In this document: positions 63,821 to 64,000 of the stretch, piece by piece
How the letters are laid out: each line of letters starts with the position of its first letter
How positions within the stretch are numbered: the first letter of the stretch is position 1
DNA from: Leptogorgia sarmentosa
Lineage: Eukaryota
Length of the DNA: 64,000 nucleotides
Assembly (NCBI GenBank): GCA_964658305.1
Contig: OZ210885.1
Coordinates: 8,928,001-8,992,000, forward strand
Direction of reading: 5' to 3'
Program-made: the position numbers and the translations under genes
The notes under the pieces: model-generated
The model's database searches: none
Told to the model about the DNA's origin: nothing
What the model saw: only the letters and a program-made list of their open reading frames with translations

Positions 63821-64000
63821 TGTTGTACAGCGCGCACGCCAAGAAAGTTGAATAAAGCTCACTACAGCTTGTAAGCGTGTCCCCGCGGGCAAAATCAGAC
63901 AAGGAATGCTAATATTCAACACCCTTAACGAAAAGTAAAACATGTTCGCTAAGCTCGCGCGGGCAAAGCGACATGAAGACATGAGACTGACCGGAAAGGT

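Overview
AT-rich, intron-containing animal genomic DNA. The repeat landscape and gene content look cnidarian or marine-invertebrate-like (inference only). Bases 1-7.5 kb hold a decaying tRNA gene cluster of about 20 genes, variants and fragments. The main feature is one minus-strand gene spanning 45339 to 10047. I reconstructed it by hand as 15 coding exons with GT-AG junctions and consistent phases, giving 5103 nt and 1700 aa. It encodes an Apaf-1-like STAND NTPase (NB-ARC, helical domain, WD40 array). In place of a CARD its N-terminus is a predicted HEPN RNase domain with an intact RxxxxH motif (R149-NEWA-H154). A probable non-coding first exon near 51.85 kb is surrounded by NF-kB-like sites. 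Introns and flanks are full of MITEs (hAT-like with 8-bp TSDs, Harbinger-like, Mutator-like), a decayed Kolobok-like element and a 5'-truncated CR1/L2-type LINE. Several sequence-unrelated hairpin elements share one strand-specific structural signature: a GNA triloop plus CGAG/CGAG tandem G.A pairs.
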